A stretch of DNA of 17,892 nt, from NCBI GenBank assembly GCA_041736175.1, contig JBGSUI010000001.1:1-17892 (forward strand), written 5' to 3'. The notes under the pieces were generated by a model. That model searched no databases. It was not told the DNA's origin and saw nothing but the letters and a program-made list of their open reading frames with translations. Both the position numbers and the translations under genes were made by a program. The stretch is from Oligoflexales bacterium. Lineage in GTDB: Bacteria; Bdellovibrionota_B; Oligoflexia; Oligoflexales; CAIYRB01. Positions 7,567 through 16,118 of the stretch are shown in pieces. Numbering within the stretch: position 1 is the first letter of the stretch; each line of letters starts with the position of its first letter.

Positions 7567-9330
7567 TCACCGCAAGGTCGGATAGCCTGCACCCTCGTTG
7601 ATTTGCCAAACATTGACGAAATCCCAGTTGCTATAAGTAGCCTGCTGCTGGGATTCGCTGGTGGTTTTTGCACGAGTCCCGGCGGCTTCACCACCAGAGC
7701 CTTGATAGGTATTTGCCATACCAGTGGTGCTGCTATCCCAGTAGGTATCCACAAAGGTCCCAGCGACAAACCTCCCAGCAACCCCTCCTTTGTGGGAACT
7801 GTTGCTTATCGCCCCAGCGCTTAAGCACTTGTTGATTTCCCCGTTGATCATCAGGCCGACTAAGGCCCCAGCGGGTCCTCCTAGAGCCACGCCCTTGACG
7901 GTACCCAAAGCATAGCTGTTTAGGATTTGTCCAGAGTCCATCCTCCCTATAAGGCCGCCAAATCCAGCGAGGGAACTATCGAGAGATAGTCCAGTAGGAT
8001 TGATGTTTCCGGTTGCAAAACATTTTTCTACTAGAGTCCCGCCAAAGACTCCAAGCAGACCACCGCCGGTCATGGATCCCGTAGTTTTGTTTGGCTCAAC
8101 TTTGCCACTAGCATGGCACCTGGTAAAACTCACAAGCCCTGTAGCTTCGCCCACAAGACCTCCGACTTGGGTGATCCCCTTAACATCTCCCGAAGCGCTG
8201 ATGTCGGACAGAATCACCGCTTCTGTGGCACTGTAAGATCCTATTAGCCCCCCAGCTTTTCCCACAGCGGAACTCACGCTGCCGGAAGCGGAGCTGCTGG
8301 ATATTTGCGCATTTTCGCCATTGCCCATCAGGCCCCCGATGCCATCTCCTGAACCCACCACAGTAGCTGAGACCGTAACGGAACGGGTGATAGACCCCTT
8401 CTTGCCATAGCCTAGGGCGCCGCCGACTTCACTTTTTCCGGCGATTTGGCCAGAGATGTTGACGTTTTCGATCGTGCCTTCGCTGATACCTGCGATCATC
8501 CCTGTTTGGTTTTGGCCGATGATGTCCGCCGCTTCGATCGTCAGGGATTTAATGACCCCTCCTGTTCCCAAGGCTCCTACAAATCCGGTGCCATCGGACG
8601 ATGTTTGAACGATTCGGAGGTTTTTTATGGTAAAGCCGCCCCCATCAAAAACCCCCGTAAAAGGCTGTGAACTAGTCCCCAAGGGGACAATCGTTTGTCC
8701 GACAAGGTCTAGATTGCCTGTGAGCTTGATGACGGCACTGCAGTTTGTGGCCACATTACCGCATAGGGTTTCGCCTATTGATTTAAGTTTAAGGGGAGTA
8801 TCCACAATATAGGGATTTGCTACGGTGCCACCACCGGATACGATAAGAGGCGTGGTGCCGCTCGAACTACTTGTTGACGCAGAGGACGGCTGGGTGGTGG
8901 CGGCAGAATTTTGTAACGAATCTAAATTGAGGGTTCCAATCTGGGTTGTCTTGCCTGACTCGATGGTAATCGGTGAGAACCTAGCCTGAAAGAGAATTGT
9001 TCCTTGGGTGGCAATAGCATTGACGGTCAAACTCAGGTCCGTGGCCTCTGGAATCCCATTTATAAACAAATATTTTTCGTCGATAGAAAAGGTACGGTCG
9101 ATGGATTGCCCAGAAGTATCTTGGATCGTGGATCCTGACCCGTCTGACAGTATGATTTGGAGTCTATCGACGCCTTCAGGAATCGATGTAAAAAAATCTA
9201 CCCTTTGGAGATCAGGTCGGACGACCATAAGCTGAAAGCCAAGACTTCCGGAATTTTTTAGTCCTCCGCAACCCAGCAACAAAAAGCAAAAGACAAATTT
9301 AAAGGGAGTCCTGCTGTTTTTACAAATCAT
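7567..9330 (-). CDS. GLUG-motif (beta-helix) surface lipoprotein
   Basis: Lipobox FLLLG-C after the ATG at 9330. Ig-like N-terminal region and a Ser/Thr linker. GGGTVANPYIV and FTGVFDGGGFTIKNL, repeated VGGLVG/AGGLIG units, and a C-terminal WDFVNVWQINEGAGYPTL typical of GLUG/ZmpA-like proteins. Confidence 0.85.
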   Translation of the reverse strand: MICKNSRTPFKFVFCFLLLGCGGLKNSGSLGFQLMVVRPDLQRVDFFTSIPEGVDRLQIILSDGSGSTIQDTSGQSIDRTFSIDEKYLFINGIPEATDLSLTVNAIATQGTILFQARFSPITIESGKTTQIGTLNLDSLQNSAATTQPSSASTSSSSGTTPLIVSGGGTVANPYIVDTPLKLKSIGETLCGNVATNCSAVIKLTGNLDLVGQTIVPLGTSSQPFTGVFDGGGFTIKNLRIVQTSSDGTGFVGALGTGGVIKSLTIEAADIIGQNQTGMIAGISEGTIENVNISGQIAGKSEVGGALGYGKKGSITRSVTVSATVVGSGDGIGGLMGNGENAQISSSSASGSVSSAVGKAGGLIGSYSATEAVILSDISASGDVKGITQVGGLVGEATGLVSFTRCHASGKVEPNKTTGSMTGGGLLGVFGGTLVEKCFATGNINPTGLSLDSSLAGFGGLIGRMDSGQILNSYALGTVKGVALGGPAGALVGLMINGEINKCLSAGAISNSSHKGGVAGRFVAGTFVDTYWDSSTTGMANTYQGSGGEAAGTRAKTTSESQQQATYSNWDFVNVWQINEGAGYPTLR

Positions 9331-10285
9331 ACTTGACTCCAAATTCCAATTGGGTTTCACCCGAAATCGACTCCCCCTCTGGGTTTTCTGCTGGTGGATT
9401 GGATGACAGGAGTGGCGTCGTGATGCCAAACCTTAGGTCATAGAAGTCTATCGTCACTCCTAAACTTCCATCCAAAATCCACGAAGAACCTGCAAGGACT
9501 CTGTCTTCAATGGTTGAATCACCGGTGTAGCTTGAGGTTAAGCTACTATAAATGCCAAATAGCTTGGAGATAACGCGATCGTAGCCCACGAAAAAGACTC
9601 TGATATCACCGAGGTTTTGATTTAGATTGTCAGGGGGACGGAAAGTGGCCTGATAAGTTGCCAGCACCTGCTGTTCTTTGCTTCCCACAAGCAGGGATAC
9701 CGCCATAGACCGATCGACAGCCTTACGGTCACCAACAACTGATGGATTGCCTGTTGGTAGCCGTAGCCCGAGGGAGCTACTCACCCCAAAGGTATGGGAC
9801 GAGTTGAGATAGGTTGCCGTAAAACCAAAGTAAGAATGGCCAATGCCCCCATCGTCACCAATCGAAATATAGGGAACGCTGGCATCAAACGTCAGAAAAT
9901 CACCCAGAGGAATACCGATAGGAACCGCAATCACCGAGTAGTCGCTTGTATAAGTACCTGAGATCCCCAAAGATCCCTGGCTATTTTTCGAGCGACTAGC
10001 TTGTCTCGGGTCAGGCAGGTCGGCACTATGGGCAGTCTCTTCTGCTTGGTTCCGAATAAATTCTTGTTTTGTTAAGGGGCAGTCGGCATTCGGATCGATC
10101 TTAATACAAAGGCCACCCTGTGCCATGGCGCTTTTCGCTACTAAACAATTAAAACTTAGTATGGAAATAAAAAAAATTAAACAAATCGAAAGTAAAGAAA
10201 AAAATCGAATCAGCTTAGAGAGATTCATAGATTTTTGGTATTCTAAAAATTGTGGCGGGATCGCTGTGAGTAGGGGTATCTTCAT
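9320..10285 (-). CDS. Putative outer-membrane beta-barrel protein (transporter / Phenol_MetA_deg-like); start may be 10228
   Basis: Hydrophobic N-terminal signal, motifs ASVPYI..GGIG and GLRLPTG, alternating beta strands, and a C-terminal LEFGVKYDL beta-signal-like strand. Confidence 0.65.
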   Translation of the reverse strand: MKIPLLTAIPPQFLEYQKSMNLSKLIRFFSLLSICLIFFISILSFNCLVAKSAMAQGGLCIKIDPNADCPLTKQEFIRNQAEETAHSADLPDPRQASRSKNSQGSLGISGTYTSDYSVIAVPIGIPLGDFLTFDASVPYISIGDDGGIGHSYFGFTATYLNSSHTFGVSSSLGLRLPTGNPSVVGDRKAVDRSMAVSLLVGSKEQQVLATYQATFRPPDNLNQNLGDIRVFFVGYDRVISKLFGIYSSLTSSYTGDSTIEDRVLAGSSWILDGSLGVTIDFYDLRFGITTPLLSSNPPAENPEGESISGETQLEFGVKYDL

Positions 10286-10351
10286 TGTACCAAGATTTTC
10301 CTACAAAAGGCATGGGCTTGCGGTCCATATAACCTAACGATAGGCTGCAAG

Positions 10352-11530
10352 CTAGGGCTTCTGAATAGGACCCGAATAAATCCAATCGCTTACTTGTCGC
10401 GGATTCATTATAGACATCGAGTGGGTGTTTGGAGGAAAACGGGGATTTATGATCGTCGGCAGTGTAGGATCACAAAGAAGAGATGACAAAAGAAAATACT
10501 GTGGAGCCCTAATGTGGTCGATAATTACCGAGGACATAGCTGGAATAGGGGATAAGCTGCGAAAACTTTTGTACCGTTCTAACTCGTTTAGATTGGGATG
10601 AATCCAAAATTCGTTCGTTTCGGTCTTGAGTTGGTTGATAAAATCCGTGTCAGACAGTGGGACGTTAAGGAGTTTAAGGTTGTAGATTTCCGACGATCTG
10701 ATGTTAATGATACTGGCTTTTTGCTTGATTATCTGGATATCCTTAAGGAGTTTTTGACCAAGTCCGCCATTGGCCCAAGATGGCCCGACGTAGACGTCGA
10801 GCAGGGTTAAAGTTTCCAAACCGATTGGACTTAGACGCTCATGCTTTGAAGCCAGCTTGATCGCAACATGTCCACCCTTACTAAACCCAGCAATATTGAT
10901 CTTGGTGTTTTTTATGTCTTTACTGATCCCGCTATAAAATTTATAGAGATCTTCGAAAAACACTGTGTCTTGTTCGCTGTCAATGGGATCGGCTTTCATA
11001 AAATCCTTAAGCTGCTGGTCTTCGGTCTTTTTGTTAAGTAGCGGCGCTGACCAGGTTCCCCCAAGAAGCAGATTTTCCAACTCCCAAGGGTTGCCTGCCC
11101 GGGAATCCCACATCAGGGCATAGATATCTCCCGCATTGCGGGAAGCGGGTGGAAAACGTACCTTGGGGATTGCATCTGAATGATCAGAAAAGCCAAGTTT
11201 TGAGGAGACATCCCATCGGGTGGGTGTCTCAGCGATCGATCGGTCTCCTAGTTTAAAACCATGGAGCATAAGAGTTATTTTTTTACCTGGTTCAGGTTGC
11301 TTAAGGCGCGCGACTTTAGTCCAGATCCCAACCTTACCGTTGGGCTCAAGTTTAAACAGGTCAAAGCGATGGTTTTCGGAAATCCCCGAGATCCCCTGAC
11401 TTGGACCATAAAGAGACGAGCCGGCTGCGTCGTCACCTAGGAAACCAAGTGTTGAGTTTCCTTGGGTACAGCCACTGAGGCCTAGGCCTAAAAATGTGGC
11501 TATGACTTTGAGACGTCGGGACTTGAGCAC
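10352..11530 (-). CDS. Alpha/beta-hydrolase-fold lipoprotein (lipase/esterase-like)
   Basis: GTG start with GGAGG RBS and lipobox GLSG-C. Oxyanion LMLHGF, nucleophile elbow IAGFSKGG, LTLLD, and candidate His in IDHIRA. Confidence 0.8.
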   Translation of the reverse strand: MLKSRRLKVIATFLGLGLSGCTQGNSTLGFLGDDAAGSSLYGPSQGISGISENHRFDLFKLEPNGKVGIWTKVARLKQPEPGKKITLMLHGFKLGDRSIAETPTRWDVSSKLGFSDHSDAIPKVRFPPASRNAGDIYALMWDSRAGNPWELENLLLGGTWSAPLLNKKTEDQQLKDFMKADPIDSEQDTVFFEDLYKFYSGISKDIKNTKINIAGFSKGGHVAIKLASKHERLSPIGLETLTLLDVYVGPSWANGGLGQKLLKDIQIIKQKASIINIRSSEIYNLKLLNVPLSDTDFINQLKTETNEFWIHPNLNELERYKSFRSLSPIPAMSSVIIDHIRAPQYFLLSSLLCDPTLPTIINPRFPPNTHSMSIMNPRQVSDWIYSGPIQKP

Positions 11531-11571
11531 AGGGATGCCTCCACATAGAGATCTATCATAGTCGCAGTCTA

Positions 11572-11587
11572 TGCAGGGATTGTGCCT
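11572..11587 (-). promoter_or_regulatory. Putative sigma54 (-24/-12) promoter
   Basis: Minus strand AGGCACAATCCCTGCA = GG-N10-GC, close to the TGGCAC-N5-TTGCA consensus, about 40 nt upstream of the hydrolase start. Confidence 0.55.
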
Positions 11588-11683
11588 GATTTTAAAGGAT
11601 TTCTGTTTGTATTTTTGTCTTTTAAAAACATATAGTTATCGCTCCCCTGGGAGCGGCAGCAAAAATAAGATGCTGTTTAAAGA

Positions 11684-13405
11684 CTAATCGTCGTCCTCTT
11701 CGTCATCTTCCCCATCTTTAGGGAGCAAGTCCTTAACCCTGCCAATCTGGTCGAGGATATCCCGTGCCAAGACGCCGTGGACTCCGCGCTTTTTAGCCGC
11801 TAGTTTTCCTGCCCAAGCTAATACGACAAGACTACGCAGCGTTGCTAAGGGAGCGGAAAGCCCCCGTGCACCGTGGGCTCCGATAATTCCTGCCAGAAGG
11901 TCGCCGCTCCCTGCCCGAGCGAGCGAGACCGTGCCCTCTTGGATGACAAACGCTGGGATCCCGGCATCTCCCGCGAGGAGGACTGGTGTGGCATGTTTAT
12001 AAAGGAGGGCGCAGCCTAGATCTTCGGCAAGCTTTTGGGCATCGATAAGCCCTTTGGGATTTAATGGGACCGCCGTAAATGCGGGACCAAGCTTGGACCA
12101 TTCTCCAGGATGGGGGACAGCAACCCACTGCCCGGGATGGATGTCAAAGTCTGCCAAGCTGCTCGCTAGCCCGTGGCATGCTCCAGCATCTAGGGTGACT
12201 TGGATTTTTTGTTTTTCGACGAGAGGGACTAAGATTTCCAAAACCTCAGGTGTCAGGGGCGAGTCCCCTGCTCCCTCTTTGCCCATCTTACCCATCATCC
12301 CAGGACCTATGACCAGGGATCTGACTTTGCGCTCTAGGATAAATGTTTCCAATTTAGTTGGGTTTAGGGACTCTCCATCAAAAAGCCGCTCAAAGGTCAC
12401 CTCTCTCGGCACGTCACCACGAAGGTCCTTTTGGGCAGACTCTGGCATGGCAATGCTTGCCCAACCAGCTCCAGTGCGCATCGCCGCAAGCGCTGCCATA
12501 ACTGGAGCCCCAGTCTTACCAACCGACCCTCCGATGATTAAGACATGTCCCCGGTCGTATTTATGGGCGCTGCGGGAGAGGTTGGCCCAGGGGTCCGAGG
12601 CTATCAAAGATGCGGAGTCAGGTAGTACGTAGCGAGCAGGATGTTCCCTAAGGGATCGATCGATGGCATCCCTAGGGAACCCGATTTCATACATGAGCAC
12701 ATCACCGCAGAGATCTCGAGCAGGAGAGAGAACGTGGACGGGTTTTTTGCTGCCAAAGGTGACGGTCACGTCTGCTTTAAGGGGAATCTCTTGGAGTTCG
12801 CCAGAGTCTGGAAGGAGTCCACTGGGCACGTCGATGGCAACGACCGTAGCGTCAGGGATCCTGCTGGCCTCTTCGAGAAAACTCCAAAGGGAGCTATTCT
12901 TGTCGATGGGTGATTTCACGCCAATGCCAAGCACGCCGTCGATAATGATGGGTTCCCGATCTCTAAAAGCAGCGAGATCATTTTTTGTACCAGAGGAGAC
13001 GGTATGAAGGTGGGTTCCGAGAGATTCATGGATTTTTAATTGGAGCCTGCGGGCATCGCTCGGAGTTTGGGAAGTCTGGGGGGCCAAAAAAATATAGACT
13101 TCGACCCCCAGGGCGTCCAAGCTGCGAGCAGCCACTAGGGCATCGCCACCATTATTGCCGGGACCCACAAGGACGATCACGGGGCTCTCATCGATGCCGA
13201 TATCCTGCACCACCTCGGCGACGGCCCGGCCGGCGGTTTCCATTAAAACAGCCGCGGGAATTCCATAGGAATCGGTCGTCAGGAAGTCGACTTTTTGGGC
13301 AGTGGCAACATCCCACAGGGGTTCCCCATCAAGGGCAAGGGACTGAGGTGTGGATGGAGGAGAAGGTGACCTTTTGGAGTGAGGGGGGCTAGAGTGGTGT
13401 TTCAT
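11684..13405 (-). CDS. nnr: Bifunctional NAD(P)H-hydrate epimerase/dehydratase (NnrE-NnrD, YjeF)
   Basis: YjeF_N motifs LMETAG, GPGNNGGDA, IIDGVLGIG and AIDVPSG. Dehydratase motifs HKYDRGHVLIIGGS, IGPGM, PHPGE and AGSGDLLAG. Confidence 0.95.
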   Translation of the reverse strand: MKHHSSPPHSKRSPSPPSTPQSLALDGEPLWDVATAQKVDFLTTDSYGIPAAVLMETAGRAVAEVVQDIGIDESPVIVLVGPGNNGGDALVAARSLDALGVEVYIFLAPQTSQTPSDARRLQLKIHESLGTHLHTVSSGTKNDLAAFRDREPIIIDGVLGIGVKSPIDKNSSLWSFLEEASRIPDATVVAIDVPSGLLPDSGELQEIPLKADVTVTFGSKKPVHVLSPARDLCGDVLMYEIGFPRDAIDRSLREHPARYVLPDSASLIASDPWANLSRSAHKYDRGHVLIIGGSVGKTGAPVMAALAAMRTGAGWASIAMPESAQKDLRGDVPREVTFERLFDGESLNPTKLETFILERKVRSLVIGPGMMGKMGKEGAGDSPLTPEVLEILVPLVEKQKIQVTLDAGACHGLASSLADFDIHPGQWVAVPHPGEWSKLGPAFTAVPLNPKGLIDAQKLAEDLGCALLYKHATPVLLAGDAGIPAFVIQEGTVSLARAGSGDLLAGIIGAHGARGLSAPLATLRSLVVLAWAGKLAAKKRGVHGVLARDILDQIGRVKDLLPKDGEDDEEDDD

Positions 13406-13704
13406 ACTTGAGAAACCTTACCACCGGCTTTAGAGATGACGTGGACGAGTTTCTCTTTGACGTCATCCTTAAAAGCTCGGTGTGCAAAGGCTATTTTTTC
13501 CGACTCTAGCACATACTCAAGAGCCTCAGCCGTCTCGGTCTCCTTAAAGCGAAGAATCGAGGTGCCTAATTTAGAAATAATCACCTCAAGAAAACCCTGT
13601 CCCATATTAAAGCTGACGAGATCCTTGAGGCTGCGCCCTCCCATCGCTTCATGGATCTGGGAAAGGACCTTATCGCGGTTTTTTTCGGCAAATTGAACTT
13701 TCAT
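13402..13704 (-). CDS. Hypothetical protein (100 aa)
   Basis: AAGGAG RBS at 13713-13718 and ATGA overlap with the nnr start. Confidence 0.85.
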   Translation of the reverse strand: MKVQFAEKNRDKVLSQIHEAMGGRSLKDLVSFNMGQGFLEVIISKLGTSILRFKETETAEALEYVLESEKIAFAHRAFKDDVKEKLVHVISKAGGKVSQV

Positions 13705-13722
13705 AGGTCTGGCTCCTTGGCT

Positions 13723-14283
13723 TTACTTCCGGGATGGGCTTCGGGTGGAGGAGGGTCCGTAGGACCCTGGGGCGATCTTAAAGACTGTTTTGGTCAACTC
13801 TTCAAGCATTGACTTAATAATCAGTTCGGGTGTCATGATCAATGAGTTTTCTTTACGCCAGATCAGGGTACCAAAAGTATCAGTCTGGGCTTGGTAACGG
13901 CCAAACACTTGGTGGCTCCGGGTATAGTCTGTCCGCAGCGTCGACAAAGTGGCCACAAGGGCGCTGACCACCTGTTTCCCGTCGTTGGCGATCAGGAGTT
14001 CCAAGGAGGCTTGTACTGTTCCGAGCATAAGTAGGAGGCCGCCTTGGCTATGGGGAGGGCGGGGCTGGGTCTCCAGGAAACTCATCTGGCGTTCCGGTGG
14101 GGCAAACTGATTGTGAAGGGCCACAGCGGCTTGGGCCTCGTCTCGGATCTCGTAGAGTGAATCTTTCATTCGCCCCAACTTCAGATCGAGGATCTTTTGG
14201 GGATCGTCAAGAACCCATCGTCCTTCGCGGTATTGGGCCTGGGCCAGGTTTCGAATCCAGTCAGAATCCACCATGGAATACAC
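13723..14283 (-). CDS. Hypothetical protein (186 aa)
   Basis: The ORF packs tightly between its neighbours (8 and 18 bp gaps) on the same strand. Confidence 0.8.
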   Translation of the reverse strand: MYSMVDSDWIRNLAQAQYREGRWVLDDPQKILDLKLGRMKDSLYEIRDEAQAAVALHNQFAPPERQMSFLETQPRPPHSQGGLLLMLGTVQASLELLIANDGKQVVSALVATLSTLRTDYTRSHQVFGRYQAQTDTFGTLIWRKENSLIMTPELIIKSMLEELTKTVFKIAPGSYGPSSTRSPSRK

Positions 14284-14291
14284 CCCGTTTG

Positions 14292-16049
14292 TTAAAAACT
14301 GAGCCCTATGGAGATCTCCCCTTTCGTCTGCTCTACATAATTGGGGACATTGAGCTTAAACACCTCTTCGGTCTCTTTTTCGGCTACGGTCCAAATGGTT
14401 TGTTTAGCGAGCACCGTGATTCCCGCACTAAACCATGGCCAAATAGGTGCGGGACGCCCCGATCGTCCTGGATAACCAGGGCCCCCAGGGACATCACCAT
14501 AGAGGAGCGACCCCAGTCCCGTCAGGTTGGTGGCATCGGCTGCGATCACATCATAGGTAGGCATATCATAGATGAGTTTATTGACTTCCATATCGACCAG
14601 CCCTGCAAACCGGATGGAGAAGCCGAGAGGAAAACTTTGGACAATATCTCCCTCGCCACGGATCAGACTGTCGGCTCCACTGATCCGAGCATCGGGGTCT
14701 GGGTACTGGTAGTTTTCGTAGCGGAGGATGCCTGTGATCGCCATCAGAGTGGTGATATCCATTGCACCATGGACTTGGAATCCAAAGATGGTGGTGGTGG
14801 CCCTGTTTTTTGAGTCGAGTAGATGGGTGTAGTTGATTGTCGTGCCGTAGCCTAGGTTGGCATTTTTGCCGCCCAGGGAAGTGTAGAGTTCTTGGGTACC
14901 AGACCTGTTTCCCCGTTCAAAATTTGGAAAATTCATCTTGATTTTAAATCCTGTAGCTATCCACAGATTTAACGGTAGAGGAACTTCGACCCAAGGTTCC
15001 AAGCTCCAAGAGCCGCCTTTTTCGTCTTTTGTAGGCAGGGTGTTTGTAAGGTGGCGCTGGATGGATTCGTCGTCTTCGTCCAGGAGAATCCGTTGTTCCT
15101 TGCCCTTGATGGTGGCGCTAGAGGCATCCAGGCCAAAGGTGAGACCAAGGGCCCCAAAACGGTCCTTGCCCGGTCGCGGTGAGAGAAAAAAATGAGGGGT
15201 CGTTGAGAGGCTAAAGCTGCCTCGGCTAGACTCATAGCTTTCATGTTTGTTGCCGTGATAGTTAATCGTTTGGTTTTCGCTTTGGGCTCCAATATTCGCG
15301 TATTTGCCGGTGCCTTTAAAACCTTGGTAGGAAGGGGGAGCGGCGGGAGGGGGTGGAGTTTTTTCGGGAGGCTTTTTAGTTTGGGGTTTTGCTGGTTTTG
15401 ATTCTTTAAACAAATTGCGACGTTCTTGGGCCAATTTCTGGCTCTCTTGGTTGGCGAGAATCGCTTCGATATGTTTGAGGTAGAGGGTCCGGCTTTTGGC
15501 GATCTTGTCAGGGAGGACCATGGCTTTTTCAAAGGATGTTTCTGAATCCTTGTAGCGTTTTAACTTAAGCAGACAGATCCCCTGATAGTACTGGGCGAGA
15601 TCGAAGAGGCTATGGCCTTCAGGGACCAACTTAAGGGTTTTTTGACAGGTCTCAAAACTCTTTTGCTGGTAAGCAGCGTAGCCGAATTCATAGGCAGACT
15701 CTGGGTCAAAGTCTACGGCCGTGACGCGGTTAAAAGCATGGTAGGCATCTTTGATGCGGTCTTGGCGGTAGTAGGTTTTTGCCAATTGTAAAATCGTCGG
15801 TTGGTGGCCGGGATACCTGCGGAGGATCCCTTCGTAGGCAATGATTGCAGACGGATACTTACCGGCTTTATAGAGATCCTGGGCCCCTTCAAAAAGCCCT
15901 CGGACTCCAGGGGGGCGAGGGGAAGAAGGACGCACTTTTGACGTTGGCTTATTTTGGGCAACCTTGGGAAGGCTATGTTGGGTCTGGCCAAAGGATTGGC
16001 TTACTAAAAGGATTTTTAAAAAAAGGCCTAAGAGTTCCATAGTCACCAT
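14292..16049 (-). CDS. TPR-domain outer-membrane protein with a probable C-terminal beta-barrel
   Basis: Signal peptide and BamD/YfiO-like TPRs (AQDLYKAGKYPSAIIAYEGILRRYP; AQYYQGICLLKLKRYKDSETSF). A Pro/Lys linker precedes amphipathic strands ending GEISIGLSF. Confidence 0.8.
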   Translation of the reverse strand: MVTMELLGLFLKILLVSQSFGQTQHSLPKVAQNKPTSKVRPSSPRPPGVRGLFEGAQDLYKAGKYPSAIIAYEGILRRYPGHQPTILQLAKTYYRQDRIKDAYHAFNRVTAVDFDPESAYEFGYAAYQQKSFETCQKTLKLVPEGHSLFDLAQYYQGICLLKLKRYKDSETSFEKAMVLPDKIAKSRTLYLKHIEAILANQESQKLAQERRNLFKESKPAKPQTKKPPEKTPPPPAAPPSYQGFKGTGKYANIGAQSENQTINYHGNKHESYESSRGSFSLSTTPHFFLSPRPGKDRFGALGLTFGLDASSATIKGKEQRILLDEDDESIQRHLTNTLPTKDEKGGSWSLEPWVEVPLPLNLWIATGFKIKMNFPNFERGNRSGTQELYTSLGGKNANLGYGTTINYTHLLDSKNRATTTIFGFQVHGAMDITTLMAITGILRYENYQYPDPDARISGADSLIRGEGDIVQSFPLGFSIRFAGLVDMEVNKLIYDMPTYDVIAADATNLTGLGSLLYGDVPGGPGYPGRSGRPAPIWPWFSAGITVLAKQTIWTVAEKETEEVFKLNVPNYVEQTKGEISIGLSF

Positions 16050-16118
16050 GGTGCGAGGTTCTGACTGGTATTGACAGCTCTACCCATAATACCAGCAGTC
16101 TACCAAATTGGCTCGCAA

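Noticed and set aside
7700..8600. Repetitive Gly-rich pattern as DNA repeat array
   Set aside because: The repeats exist only at protein level (GLUG units), and the nucleotide sequence is diverged.
11640..11655. CGCTCCC/GGGAGCG hairpin as terminator after nnr
   Set aside because: The loop is very short and there is no adjacent U-tract on the minus strand, so the evidence is insufficient.
12054..14813. Long antisense ORFs (12054-12632, 12985-13392, 14097-14813 and similar)
   Set aside because: These are shadow frames of well-supported genes on the opposite strand, with no motifs.
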